Of a stretch of DNA of 64,000 nt, positions 40,501 to 53,234 are shown in pieces (the first letter of the stretch is position 1; every line of letters starts with the position of its first letter). The translations under genes were made by a program, and so were the position numbers. Below the pieces are notes generated by a model that saw nothing but the letters and a program-made list of their open reading frames with translations, had not been told where the DNA came from and made no database searches. Origin of the DNA: Chrysomallon squamiferum (Eukaryota > Animalia > Mollusca); assembly GCA_012295275.1 (NCBI GenBank), contig CM022672.1, forward strand, positions 9,920,001-9,984,000, in the 5' to 3' direction.

Positions 40501-43500
40501 AAAAATGTTTTTTGCATTCTTCCACTTCCAATCAAAACAGGTTTACCAGTTCACATCAATGGACATTTCTCTCTTGACCACGAAGCCAGGAGAAATTTGT
40601 GGCACGGAACAACAGATCACCGTTCTAAATGGAACCGTCTTATTTCAAAATCACTGATTGTACCAGCATACCTCAAAATTGTTGAACAGATAAAAAATGA
40701 GGTTAAAGCTAGACGACGATCATGAAAGTACTAAAAAATCTTTAAACACATATAACACGTTTTTCCCAAATATATCTAAATCAACAGGTGAATTTTGGAC
40801 ATTATTTGTTATAGACTTTTACAAAACTATTTTTGAGTGGAAGCTTCCACTTTTTCCAGTCATGTACAGCCACAAGACATCTGACATAGTTAGCTGGGTT
40901 TCTGTATCTGTGGAGAGAGGATTTCCTGGATATTTTCAAATGGAAATTACAACAGGTGTTGTTGTTGAAAATGGAAAAAGTCAAACGGAGTCTAATAAAA
41001 CATCTCAGGAACTGTATGCTTTGCTGAAAAAACTTGGTATGAAGATCATCGAAGCCCCTTTATGGATCCATGAAAGTTTTGAAAAAGCAGCTTTAGGAGA
41101 TCGTGTTCAGTGTATTAAACCTCAAAATGTCATAACATTCTTGAAATGATGCAACTTAGCTGAAGAAAGTGATAAATGCTTTGCTGGTCAATTACCTGTA
41201 CCAATCGACAGCTCTCCATTCTGTGATCTAAAGTCAGTTAAGCTTCTTATAGCTTTCTGCCAAAGAGTTGAAAATTTTCAATCACATATTGTTGGTCTTC
41301 CTCTGTGTTTGACAAATGCAAATTATCTCTATATCTTCAGCATAGGAAATCCAATTTTTGTAACCACATTTACTGATTTGATAGAAGGTTCAGCCGACAA
41401 ATGTCTTCACAAGGACATTGTTGACACATTTTTAGACTTCAAACAATGTGCAGCTTTGAAAAAAATGGATGTCTATGATTTTTCCAAGATACTTAAGGAC
41501 ACCCTTGATGAAACTGTGTACAAACGGGGCAGAGCTGTTGAATGGAACTGTGAACAAAAGAGGCAACCAACTAAGAGATGGATAGGAAGATTGTGGACAT
41601 TTCTTTTCCAAGAAATAAAAAAAGAACAGAAAAATAAATGTTCATTATCAGATTTTGGAACATTGAATGAGTGGAGCCTATTACCATGTACAGTTATTAA
41701 GGAAGACAGGAACTCAAAAGAAAACATTTACACCAAGCAGCTATATCCTATTAAGGGAGCTGAAAATGTCATTAACTTTAGGTACATAACAGACAGAAGT
41801 TTGGATAAAGCCTTGAAATCACTTGGTTTGCCAGTCTTCAATTCATTTCCATTTCCTTTAGATAATCCTAACATTGCTAAATTTGCTTCTTCTTTAACTG
41901 CAAGTCTTCAAAATGTATTCAGTGTCCCCATAGCTCTGTCAAACCATAAATATGAACATGTAAAAGTGTCTGCTTATAACGGCTATACTTTGTTGAAATT
42001 CTTCTGTGACAAGCTGGATGATTTCAAAGAAAATAAAAGTCAGGTAACGAAGATGCTAAAATATTTGCCATTTTATCCTACTTTTTCTGATACAGCACAG
42101 TCACTGTCAAACTGTGGAAGACACGTGTTTATTAAAGATGAATATCGTTTTGTTCCTAAAACTGGAATGAATGTTTGGTGTTCAGGTACCAACATTACCA
42201 TTTTCTTGTTCAAACGTGATCTGACAAATCTGTACTCTTTTCTTAATATTGACGGTCTGACACGAGAGGCTTTTTTAGCCGGCATATTCTGCCAAACTTC
42301 CACATGTTACCATCTGATTCAAAGGCAGTTCACTTGAAATATATTAGAGATCATTTTATTTTAAAGACATTCAGGAATGAAGAAGAAGAAGAACTTTTAA
42401 AAGCCCTGAAGAGACTGCCCTTTATAGAAAAGAATGACGGAACACTTGGCAGAGCAGACGAATTTTTCAGCAAGAAGGTATTTTTATTTCAACAAATTTG
42501 TCCACCGCAAGCATTTCCACCACCACCATACGATAATGACGAGGAGTGGCACGACTTCTTGGTGTTGGCGGGAATGAAAGACGAAGTCACTGTTGAGATT
42601 TTTGTCCAGTTTGCTAAGAACATCGAGACACTGGCTAGAAAAGGCCTGTCAGAACACACTGAGAAGAAATCAAGACGGCTGGTTTCACATTTATTTTTAA
42701 GACCAAATCTCCTACATGAAAATCTACTTCCACAGATTAAAAACATTACATTTGTTCTTCCATATTGTGTGAAAGACGAACTCAAAAATGGAACAATTCT
42801 GAATTCTATTCACAATCAGTTTGAAAGTGAATCAAAGTTGATTTCTTTCAATGGTTCTATTCCTTCTAAACATTGTCATTTGGTGTGGACTACTTGCACT
42901 ATGTTTTCACCGTTTGTGACGCATCACCAGGAAAAGAAAATTACAAAGCAACTTGGAATCGAAAATGTTCCAGAAAAAAGTCTTGTTATTTCACACTTGA
43001 AAAACATAATAGCTCGTCTTGAAAATATGGAAGAATCAGAGATAAGCAAAATTCAAAGCTGTTTGTTGGATATAATGGAAAGCTGTTACGACTATTTTAA
43101 AACATGTGGTGTTACTAAAGACGACAAAGCAAATCTTGAAGAATATCGTATCATTTACCTGCCAGACAATAACGTGATGGTCAGAGCAAAGGACATTGTC
43201 ATTGAACTTCGCAAAGAGGATGCGATTCGTGGCCACATTTATCAACCTCCTGTATATTTTGGTCGTTTTTATTCAGTATTTGAAAGCTTTGGAGCGAGCA
43301 AAAATATTTCTGCCAATCATTATGCACAGGTTTTGGACAGGATCCACCAGACTGCCGGAGATAAACATTTAAATCCCAATGAGTTGCTTGTTGTGATGAA
43401 AGCAGTAAAACTGTTGTTTAAATGTCTTGAAAATGAAAACTGTTCATCAGACATTACAGTTCCCACTCTTTATCTTCCAAGTTCTGAAGAGACACTTGCC

Positions 43501-45808
43501 CCTGCAAGAAACTTGGTACTCTCAAATAAATGTAGTCTTGTAAGAAGGGTTTCTTCCCTGAAACTCACATACTTCATTGGTTTTGAAAAACTTGAAACAG
43601 ATGTTATAGATTCTGTTAAAAAAATTAATTCTATTCCTCGAAGCCACAGACCCCAAATCCTAACATCATTGGTTCAAGAACATGTAACAGAAGAATGTCA
43701 GAATACTTGTTACATTAATGTAAAGAGATACTCACACATCTTAAAATCGACAGATTTTATCTGTGGTGTAATAAGACTTGTATATCATCAAAGTAATGAA
43801 TATTCGGAAAAACCAATTACTGAAAATGAAGCGAAGGATATTGAGAGAACATTTCGAAATATTGAATTACGTGAGGTAAATGACCTGAAGACCTGTTTGA
43901 TATATTATGAGTCCGTTGTCCAAGACAGTGAGTCTAAAAAAAAATGTTGGTTGGATTCTGTGTTTCTTACAGACAGAAATGAACGCGTTCATTTCTTATA
44001 TCTTGACCGAAAAGCCTGTCAGCAATACGAGTCTGACATTCGGAGAGAAATATCTAGAAAGACCAGCTGGCAGCATGAGTCTGACATACTATGGGATATA
44101 TCCAGTGAAATTGACAGAATGTTGAAAGGACAGATAGGTAGCGCTGTCAGATATTTAAAGAAAATGATGGAGATACCCGGAGAAGAGATTGCTGAATATT
44201 TAGATAGAAATGAAATAATTGCATTGAATTTGAGAGATTCACATTCCAGTTCACACCTTATACCACCACCTGGATCTTTCATTCCTGAAGAATTCCAATG
44301 GATGCTTGTGAACAATTTTGATATTTTGCATGAAGGTGATTTTGTGGGTCTCGAGATCTACGACCCGTTGATTTATGAAACACAGAATGATGAGGAAAAA
44401 GCATCCTTGAGCAATGAGTCTGTCCAAGCTGTTTTCATTTATGTGATAATCAGGTGCGTCGTGAAAAAACATGATTGTCCCATGATGATGACGTATCGTG
44501 TGCAGACTGGTCCAGATGAAATTAAAGAACTAGAAGCTACTAAACTGTACAAGCTGATAAGAGAAAAAAGTGACACTGACAAACAGCTAGAGGTTTCTCA
44601 AAGTGAACCACAGATACCTGATTTTGATGTGAATGATATTCTTACGAAAATTCGCGAGACACTTAAACAAGCCTGGGCTAACATGGATGAAAATGACAGA
44701 AAAAGAGTGATCAAGCGATTTTTTCTGAAATGGCATCCAGATAAAAATGACCCAAGCAAAAAAGGCATGTGCACCAAAATATGCCAGTTTATTAATCATT
44801 ACTGGACCAAATTAAAAAGAGGTGAAAACATAGATGACAATGATGAGAAATATTCACCATTTCCAAATGAATATTCCTGGTTTTTTGATCATTTGAACAA
44901 AAGATCTAAGTCAGACAGAGCTCATTACAATTGTTTCAGAAGACGTAAAAAGAAAAAATCTGGAACATCATCTGGTCACGGTTCTTCTGGATTTCATCAC
45001 GATTCTGGATTTGATGCAGGTTTTGGATTTCATTCAGGATACCATTTTCCGCAAAATCAGGAAGGTAAACGTTGGCTGCAGCAAGCTATATTTGATCTGG
45101 AAGCAGCTAAAACGTCTCTTTCAAGTGCATCTTACGAAGCCTATAATTGGATTTGCTTCAAATGTCATCAGGTTAGTCTTAACATAGTTTTTAACAGGTC
45201 TACTATTTATACCAATATCGCAATTTTGTTTTTATTTTAAGATGTGTTTAGATAATAAAATAAGAGTGATATAATCATTAAAATAATTCATGAAAGTAGA
45301 GACAAATTATGTTTGACTAAAATATCTTAAATATTTAAATAACAATAATTAAACATCTATGATAATACAAAATATCTCTCTAGAATATTTTGTCTTCAGT
45401 TATGAAAAACATATCTTTTTGTTGTATTTTTGTTCATTTATTTATTTAATTTTTGAAATTATTAACTTGCTCATCCCAATTTTTTGAACAGACTTATTAA
45501 TATATTTGCAGGCTGTAGAAAAGGCTTTGAAAGCCATTTTGTACTGCCAAGATGCTGATTTTGCAGAATTAATCATGGGTCATGATCTGGGGGCTTTGGC
45601 AAGAAATATTAACTGTACAAACAAGAGTGATTTGTGTAGATTGGTTGACACTTTTGAAGGGCTTGGATGTGATTACTCCAAGATGAGATATCCGGATCGT
45701 CTCTCCTTCCCTCGGATTCCTGCCAGTTTGTACAACAAGCAGACTGCTTCTCAAGCCTGCACCATTGCTGAAGATATCATCTCTGAAGTGAACAGAAACA
45801 TGACGTGA
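30309..45808 (+). CDS. SACS: Sacsin-like gene copy 2. Coding exons 30309-30336, 30756-30850, 31604-31729, 32282-32429, 32587-34089, 34274-45171, 45512-45808 (13095 nt, about 4364 aa if repaired); disrupted by +1 at ~40692-40697, TGA at 41147-41149 and -1 at ~42271-42276
   Basis: All junctions are GT-AG with consistent phases (1,0,0,1,1,0). Spliced N-terminus MDEKGDKNMVLVGGLGCMKQPSLIKQLKSILDQYPKGQILK|EMIQNAEDAGASEV...LQ|GPGLCIFNDASFTESDWNGI...VGRYGLGFKSVFHVT|DWLCVLSG is sacsin repeat 1. SRR2 at 36364, SRR3 at 39445, HPD at 44734, HEPN at the end. Confidence 0.93.
30517..30582. repeat. (ATT)n microsatellite in sacsin intron
   Basis: Direct reading. Confidence 0.95.
30756..30850 (+). CDS. SACS: Sacsin copy 2 exon (start of SRR1)
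   Basis: cacag acceptor; MKQPSLIKQLKSILDQYPKGQILK; donor aag|gtaagc. Confidence 0.85.
31239..31550. repeat. (ATT)n microsatellites (31239-31313 and 31485-31550) in sacsin intron
   Basis: Direct reading; source of the poly-Ile start of ORF 31481. Confidence 0.9.
31604..31729 (+). CDS. SACS: Sacsin copy 2 exon (GHKL motif I)
   Basis: EMIQNAEDAGASEVKVLFDHR...KALQ; 126 nt, phase 0/0. Confidence 0.9.
32282..32429 (+). CDS. SACS: Sacsin copy 2 exon (GHKL ATP-lid region)
   Basis: GPGLCIFNDASFTESDWNGIRMIQCSNKEENRLKVGRYGLGFKSVFHVT; missed by the ORF track. Confidence 0.9.
32587..34089 (+). CDS. SACS: Sacsin copy 2 exon (rest of SRR1 ATPase and middle domain)
   Basis: ttttcaag acceptor; in frame with ORF 32658-34214 (GTLFWFPLR, GHIFCFLPL, TGLPVHVNGFF); donor aag|gtatgt. 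Confidence 0.9.
34274..45171 (+). CDS. SACS: Sacsin copy 2 giant exon (10898 nt) with two frameshifts and one stop
   Basis: ORFs 34285-40725, 40697-41149, 41309-42337 (same frame as 40697, split by TGA) and 42304-45240. Confidence 0.9.
45512..45808 (+). CDS. SACS: Sacsin copy 2 last exon (HEPN)
   Basis: Acceptor tttgcag at 45511; AVEKALKA...RYPDRL...RNMT-stop. Confidence 0.9.
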   Translation, partial: AVEKALKAILYCQDADFAELIMGHDLGALARNINCTNKSDLCRLVDTFEGLGCDYSKMRYPDRLSFPRIPASLYNKQTASQACTIAEDIISEVNRNMT

Positions 45809-48048
45809 CAATAGAACTGGTCTGGAAAAGAGTGAGTAGTATCAGATATAGAGAATCGGTCCTCCTTGAAATGTGCCCTTTTGATTGAGTATCTTAGTTA
45901 TTTTTATCAAAGTACAGTATATGTGCTTTCTTGTCTGTAGTAAATTATCCCTTGGTGTATGCTAGAGAATCGTTGCAATACGTTTACACCATTATTATAC
46001 CAAATTAAAACCAAAAATAATCTGCTGTTTGAAACTGTCATTAGGAATAAAATATTTTGTGGTGCCTTCAGACAGATATTTCATGCGCAGATGAATATTC
46101 ATAATGAAGCTCTTTGTTAAGAAAATAATTACCATTCTGTTCTAAAAACAAGTGTTAATTCTAGTAAAACATTTTATGCTTTCAAATTTTACTTCTTCTT
46201 AGAGTAATACTTAAATTTTCAGACATTATCTAGTTTAAAACAGAATTATCGTAGATATTATTAATAATTTGTTCATCATTGACATTTTAATTGTTACTCT
46301 GAATTGGTGGATCAATAGTATCTTTTCGTTATAATTAGGAATTTATTTTGAGAATAAATTAAAGAGATAATTAGAAATGAGTTTTAATTCATGATCAAAT
46401 TACTAACTAAAGATTTTATAGATTTTTTTAGTCTAATTATAAATATACACATATCTGCTACCTACCAAGCACAAGTAAGTATATCTACATATTTATATTT
46501 TCCAGTTCAAATTATCTATAGACATGTAATGATGTAAACATTAATTAATTCTATATTCGGGTACACTCACCAGAATGTTGATATTTTCCAGTTCCAAACA
46601 CAACAAGACCTGTATTCATGTAGACATTCGTTAATCCTAAACACTGATAGACATACATAAATGTTGACATTTTCCAATTACAAACAGCGATAGGCATGTA
46701 TTCATATAGACATCAAGTAATTTCCAATTTTTAGTGCTCCAGATTTCTTCATTTAAGACAAAAAGTATTCAAAATATCATAGACAAAATATGTTTTATTT
46801 TTTTTTATTTTCTTTTTTTTTCTGTTTTTCAGATGGTATAGGAAGAGAAATAACTGAAAGAAGTTAAAATGTAAATGTTTTCAAGACATTATGACTATTT
46901 AATATTTGTGTTGTGTGTTTTATTGTGATAGTACTGAATGAAACCTGGTAGAAATTTGTAATCTTTCCACTGAAAAAGATTATCTGTGCTTCTAAATGCA
47001 GCTCTATCACCTCTGTATCTTGTTATGTTAATAGTTTCCTTAGAGAGACAGAGAAAAAAGTTGTGTTTAGTTTGGAAAAAAGTAAGTAATGTTCTTTGTG
47101 ATTGATGAATTATTTTTGTTTGATTTTACAATTAAATAATTATCTTGCTTAAAAAGGTATGTGCACAATTTGATTTCATTTATAATTCTTTTCCCCAGCC
47201 ATCTTTTATGAAACTTCACAATTACTAGAATTAGTGTACAAATTCAATATTGTCATTACAGTCTGGGTGTTTTCTTGTACATTCTTGTTTTCTGTTTATA
47301 AAGACAGAGATAAAAATGATTTATATAGTTTGTAAGTATTTTCTGATAAAAACATGTAGTCTCAAATGATGTTATTGAAAAAAATATATATTTTCATTAA
47401 ATATTATCTCTCTAGATTTTTTTATTCAAATTCCAACTAATCATATCACAGAAAGAGATAGTATCATTATATAATAATTGCCAGTTAAGAAGAAAACGTT
47501 TAGCTCTTTAGTTTGTAAATATGTAAGTAATGTTATATGTGAACTATTTTGTATAGAGAAGTGCTCTGAAACACAAGTGACTGAACTTTGTATCTTGCTC
47601 ATCAACCTTAATCAGTAGGTAAACAAAATTTGTAGAAACATTATTTAGCATTTTGTTTTTATGTTGTTTAATGATGTTTCTATTTATTTCATTATTTTAT
47701 AATAGTTTAGCTTATTTGTAACTTGATAAATAATTTTGCAATTTGTTCTTATCTGTAAAATTTTCGTTATTTTTTTTTTTTTTTTTTGTTACACAATTTT
47801 GCACTGAAAGGAAGTTTGAATATGTTTTCCTTTTTGCAAAGATTTAACATTTTATATCCGAACCTGCTCTTAGCAGTAACTGTAAAACAGGAGTATATAC
47901 TTGCTTCCACTTTTTTAAAGCTGTTTCAACGTTTTTGCTAATGTACTTACTTGTAAATACATTATTTTACATTCATATTTCCAGTTATTTCTAATAGTTC
48001 GGACATTTTTCATTGTTATCTACACTTGTTTTTTGAACTTTTTAAAAT

Positions 48049-48094
<46 letters not shown>

Positions 48095-50001
48095 TTGCAC
48101 ACATAGTTTTACTTATTTGTAATTGCTTGGACATTTTTAAATTCATTATTTGCACTTAACTGTAATTGTTTGGGTACTCTCTGTTCTAATCTACAATTAC
48201 TTCTAACTGGATACTTTGCACCCATATCTGCAGTGGACATTGTATATTTTGCATCCATATTTGCAATTATTTGTAATTGTTTGGACATTTAGCATATGGT
48301 AATTGCTTCAACAATTTTCATTGCTATTAAACCAGCTTTAATTTATTAAAACATTTCTGATGTTTTTTCAGTTGTTGTTATCATTATTATTATTATTTTT
48401 TTATTATTGTTGTTGTTTTTGTTGCACATATTTTATGTATATCTGCACTTACTTGCAACTGGATATTTTTGCTGTTTCTTTTAGTAATTTGGCCATCACT
48501 TTCTTTTAACCAGTAGTTAACAAGAATTTGTACAAACATTATCATTCTCTTGTTTTTGTGTTTAATGATGTTTCTGTTTATTTCTTTATTTTATTTTCCT
48601 GTAAAATTTTAGATAGTTTACTCTATTTTTAACTTTCTACAAAACTGTTGAAATTTGTTCTTATCTGTAATGTATTGGATATTTTTATGTGTTTCTAACA
48701 CTTCAACATATTTGTAACTTTTGGCATAAATTTACAAATCTGTTCTTATCTCTGACAGATTGATTTTTTAAGATGTAATATATGGGAGATAGTTTGACAC
48801 ATTTCTTTGTATATAATTCTGCACTGAAAGGAGTTTCTGGAAATGTTTTTTTTTTGTTTTTTTTCTTGACATTTCTACCTTTGTGTGTAAATTTGTTTGC
48901 AGTTTGACATTTTTCATATACTTATAGACCCTGAATGTAATTGATTGAATAGTTTTTAAATATTTTACTTTTTAGATAATTTTTGCACTTAAATGATACA
49001 GTATAGGACAATTTATATAATTTTTATTTGTCCTTGTTTGTTCAACTGTTTGGATGTGACAATTTTCTATATTTGTTGACATGTACTGAAACATCACACA
49101 TTTTTGCTTATGTTGTTACTGTTTGGACATTTATTGCATCTTTCAACATTTTGCCTACATCACTCCCCAACAGTAACTGTAGGAAATGATTACATCCTTA
49201 TTTGCACTTAGCTAGCTATAACTGATTATTTGGCATTCATATTTGCAAGTTATAATTGGACATTTTGCATTAATATTTGTAATTACTTTGTAACTGGATA
49301 TTTTGCATATTATTTATATTTTGAATACTTATTTGCAGTTATTTGCTGTTTGGATTTTATTGGCATACCTATTTCTACTTAACTGTAATTATTTTGATAT
49401 TTTACATTCAAATCCACAATCACTTGTCAATAAAGATTTTTTCACATATCCACAACACTTACTTGTAATTGCATAGTTTGTATTTGTATTTGCAGTTATT
49501 TTCATTGTTGATTTCTTTTTCTTTTTTTTTTTCTTTTTTTAGCATTTTGGGATATGTGCTTTTTATTTGCAATCATAAAATTAGGAATTTACTTGTAATA
49601 GAACTTTTTAAATTCATATTTGGAAATACTTGTAATTAGATATTTTGGTTAACATATGGGATATTTTGCATACGTGTTTGCACTTGTCTGCCTACAGTTA
49701 CCTTTAATTTCAATATTTTGTGATTATATTTGCAGTGGTAATTAGTCATTTTACATTCATATTTGAAATGACTTGTAACTGCACATTCTTGTACACATTT
49801 TAGCATTTACCTCTAACTGGTTATATTTACAGTTACTTGTAATTGTTTGGACATTTGGCATATAGTAATAGCTCCATTAGTTTTGCTTGCCTTTTCAAAC
49901 TTGTTTGAATTTATTAAAATCTTTTAGATGTCTTATTTCTGGTGACATATTTCTTTTATTTATTGATATTTCAAGTATTTATGTTTGAAATTGTATGTTG
50001 A

Positions 50002-50035
<34 letters not shown>

Positions 50036-50391
50036 ATTTACAAATATCTGCACTTATTTACAGTAGTTTTAACTTTTTGTATTAATATATAAAGATATGT
50101 ATTTGCTTTCTGTTCTCACCCGTTTTCAAAACTAATTTAATATGTACATGTAAATTTATTATGTGCAAGATAAAAGAGAGTACAAACATTGTGAGCAGTA
50201 GTTTGAAACAGTAAAATCTTGTTTGAGTTTAACACCAGTTTTGTACATCACGTATTATTAACTGCTTATATTACATGGCTATATCGTGTTTGTGAACTAT
50301 TAATCTTGTAAGTACATGTATCCAGAATAAAGACTTTGAAAACACATATTCTTTTTTTTCTATTTTTTTTCTTTATTTTACTCTTGATTGG

Positions 50392-50395
<4 letters not shown>

Positions 50396-50439
<44 letters not shown>
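50396..50439. repeat. (GT)n microsatellite
   Basis: Direct reading. Confidence 0.95.
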
Positions 50440-50440
<1 letters not shown>

Positions 50441-53197
50441 TTATTACTGAATTTTTATTTTTATTTTTTATTATTATTATTTTTTTTTTAATTAATATTT
50501 TTAAATGAAGAGTAGCAATAAAATAACAAGCATATTGAACAAGAACAGAAAATGACATTTTCCATTTTATGGTGGGCTTTTTCATCCATTCATCCATCTT
50601 TCCATCTAAACATTCATGGCTGGATGGATAGAGAAAATCTGGCATGGTATATATTTTACATTTTCCTTTTTGTTTTTATTAAAAGTAGCCAGCTTATTAT
50701 TTCAGTGTTATCCTTTACTCACCTGAAAACAAAAAGAAGTGTATAAATTGGTGTTTTTATTTCTTTTTACTTTTTCCCCTTTTGTTTTTTTAAATACTAA
50801 AGACAACTTTAATATGTATTAATCATGTATTATATGTCCATATCATATTTAAAGCATGCTCTGGCTATTATTGAACAGAAAATTTGAATTTTTCATGTGC
50901 TCCAATTATTATAAATCCATGTATGACTTACCTTTAAGCTTAGATTCAATGAGATTTCTCAGAAAAATGTCCTGTTATGAACTTAATGAATAAATGAATA
51001 AATGTTGATTACTTATAAAAATGCCTTTTTCAATCTCATTTGTTTCTACAATTAAGTTTACCAAACAAGAAAAATTCACATTTGTTTAAAACAATTCAAA
51101 AGTGTATCTTACTGCATCAAACAAGCTGTTCAGTTGCTTAAGTTACATTCTTATATTATGAAATTTTTATTTTATTTTAATCCCTTTAATAAGAAAACAG
51201 TCATTTGTTATAATGGAGTTTACAGCAGCAGTACTGCAAACGTTTAAGCGTCACTGTTTTAATATCAAAGTTATATTTATTTCATATGCATTTTTATGTT
51301 GCTAATAATAATAATATAAATATAACAGGTCTATTGTTGACAAATATTCCATTAGTGTGTTAATGTGTTTGTGTGTGTGTGTGTGTGAGAGTAAATAATA
51401 ATAAAAAATAGTACTAACAGTTAAAAACAAACAACTGATTTCTTTATGCAAAATTATTATTTCATTCATACTTTTTTTCTTTTAATCAACAGTATGTTAC
51501 AGGTGTATGTATATAAATAAGATATCAGGTAACCATATATACAGCATAATCCATTATAATTTACATATATACACAAACATTTATTGCAATAGTGTTAAAA
51601 CATACGTTCTCTTAAAAAGCAATTGTTTTTCAGAACATAAAAAGTATCCTAAAGCAGTGGTTTAAGAAGCTGTTTATGTCATGATACTTACCCACTATTA
51701 AATAAAACATTAATTGTTTTATCACTTAAATGACATTCTCTTCTGTTGGATTTAAACATTTATTTTCAATATTTAAAGAAAGATCTTTTTCTTATGTAAT
51801 TAAATAAATCCTCGATCAGTGATTACACACATGTCAGACCATTTACCTGAGATGATCTGGATTTATGGATTATTCTTTTTTCTGGACCCAGGCTTAATAT
51901 TACTTAAAATACAAAATAAACAATAAAAAATAAAGAACAAACCTGTATTTAACAAAGATAAATGTATATATTTCTAGAAGGTGGACAAATGGTCTGGTTC
52001 TGTATGATGGTGCTGCTTTTATTTTTAATATTTAAAGACTGTGTTTTTAAATGAAAAAATGTAAAGAGCCCACATACAATCAAGTATGTATATATTGTTA
52101 ACACAATTAAGCAAATCCTGAAAGATAAAATACTTTGTTCTGAATATTTAAGAACTGATATTATTTTATATATTGCATCAAACTGGTAAAAATGATCTGT
52201 CAGATACCTATGTTACTTTGCATTTACCAAACTGTGTAATAGATCAGTTATTAAAACTCAATGATTAAAGTACATAGACCACAACCAAAAAACCATACTG
52301 GTGAGAAATTTGCAGCACAGATGGATATAGGTGACAGCAAAATGGTGAAATACAAATTGGCTAAAACTATGACAAAACCAAATGATGAAACATTGACAAA
52401 ACCAACCAACTAAAATGACAACTGATCAGAAACAAGAATGTAATTCACTGTCTACTTGAATTTTAAAGAATATTCCTTATTTTTGTATTTCACTGGTATT
52501 TCTTAACAATAACCATGTCGTCTTATAATTTATTTATTTATTCAGTTCACGGTCACTAGGTATCTCCTATATGAATATCTGCCATTTTTTAAATATCATT
52601 CCTTTTACAACTACTTAAATCAACTTGCTTTTTCTTTTCTTCAGAGAAAAGGTTATGGTCTTATATTGAGAGGGCCATGGGAATCAGTGGAACTATTCAA
52701 GATCTATATAGTATGGAGTTCACAGCAAAATTTTATTTATAGGTATCAAATCAATCCTATTTACCTTAAGTATCTGTACTGTTATTAACTGAATACAACT
52801 GACTTTATTAAGCTGAAATTTTGTTTATATTTGACCGAAGACTGGGATTTATATCCAACAACAAACATTCAATTCTGATATTCTGAAATTCTTCAATGAT
52901 TAAATTATTGTTAAACAATATTACAAACTGCTTTCAGGTTTCAACATTATATACAACTGTTGTTATTTGTAGTTTCTGTGGCTTTAGTTTAACATTATCT
53001 GAAAGCAAGGATTTAACTTGACAAGCAAAATATGATGACCACTGGTACAAACTAATTTAAAAAGCCAGAACTATAGAAGTAATAAATATGAGATATGAAG
53101 CATAAATAATCATGAATGAAATAATAATAATAATAATAATATTTTTAGGAAATTTAATATATATAATCCTCAAGATGAAATTTTATGAATAAGCCAA

Positions 53198-53234
<37 letters not shown>

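Noticed and set aside
41147-41152. In-frame TGA next to a Cys codon, suggesting selenocysteine
   Set aside because: The paralog has Ser (TCA), not Cys, and I recognised no SECIS with proper geometry in the 3' flank; a simple nonsense change is more likely
42271-42293. In-phase T TTT TTA slippery heptamer at a site needing a -1 shift, followed by ggca-tattc-tgcc
   Set aside because: A deletion in a T run easily creates this pattern, the hairpin is only 4 bp, copy 1 is simply in frame here, and two lesions lie upstream; programmed frameshifting is unsupported
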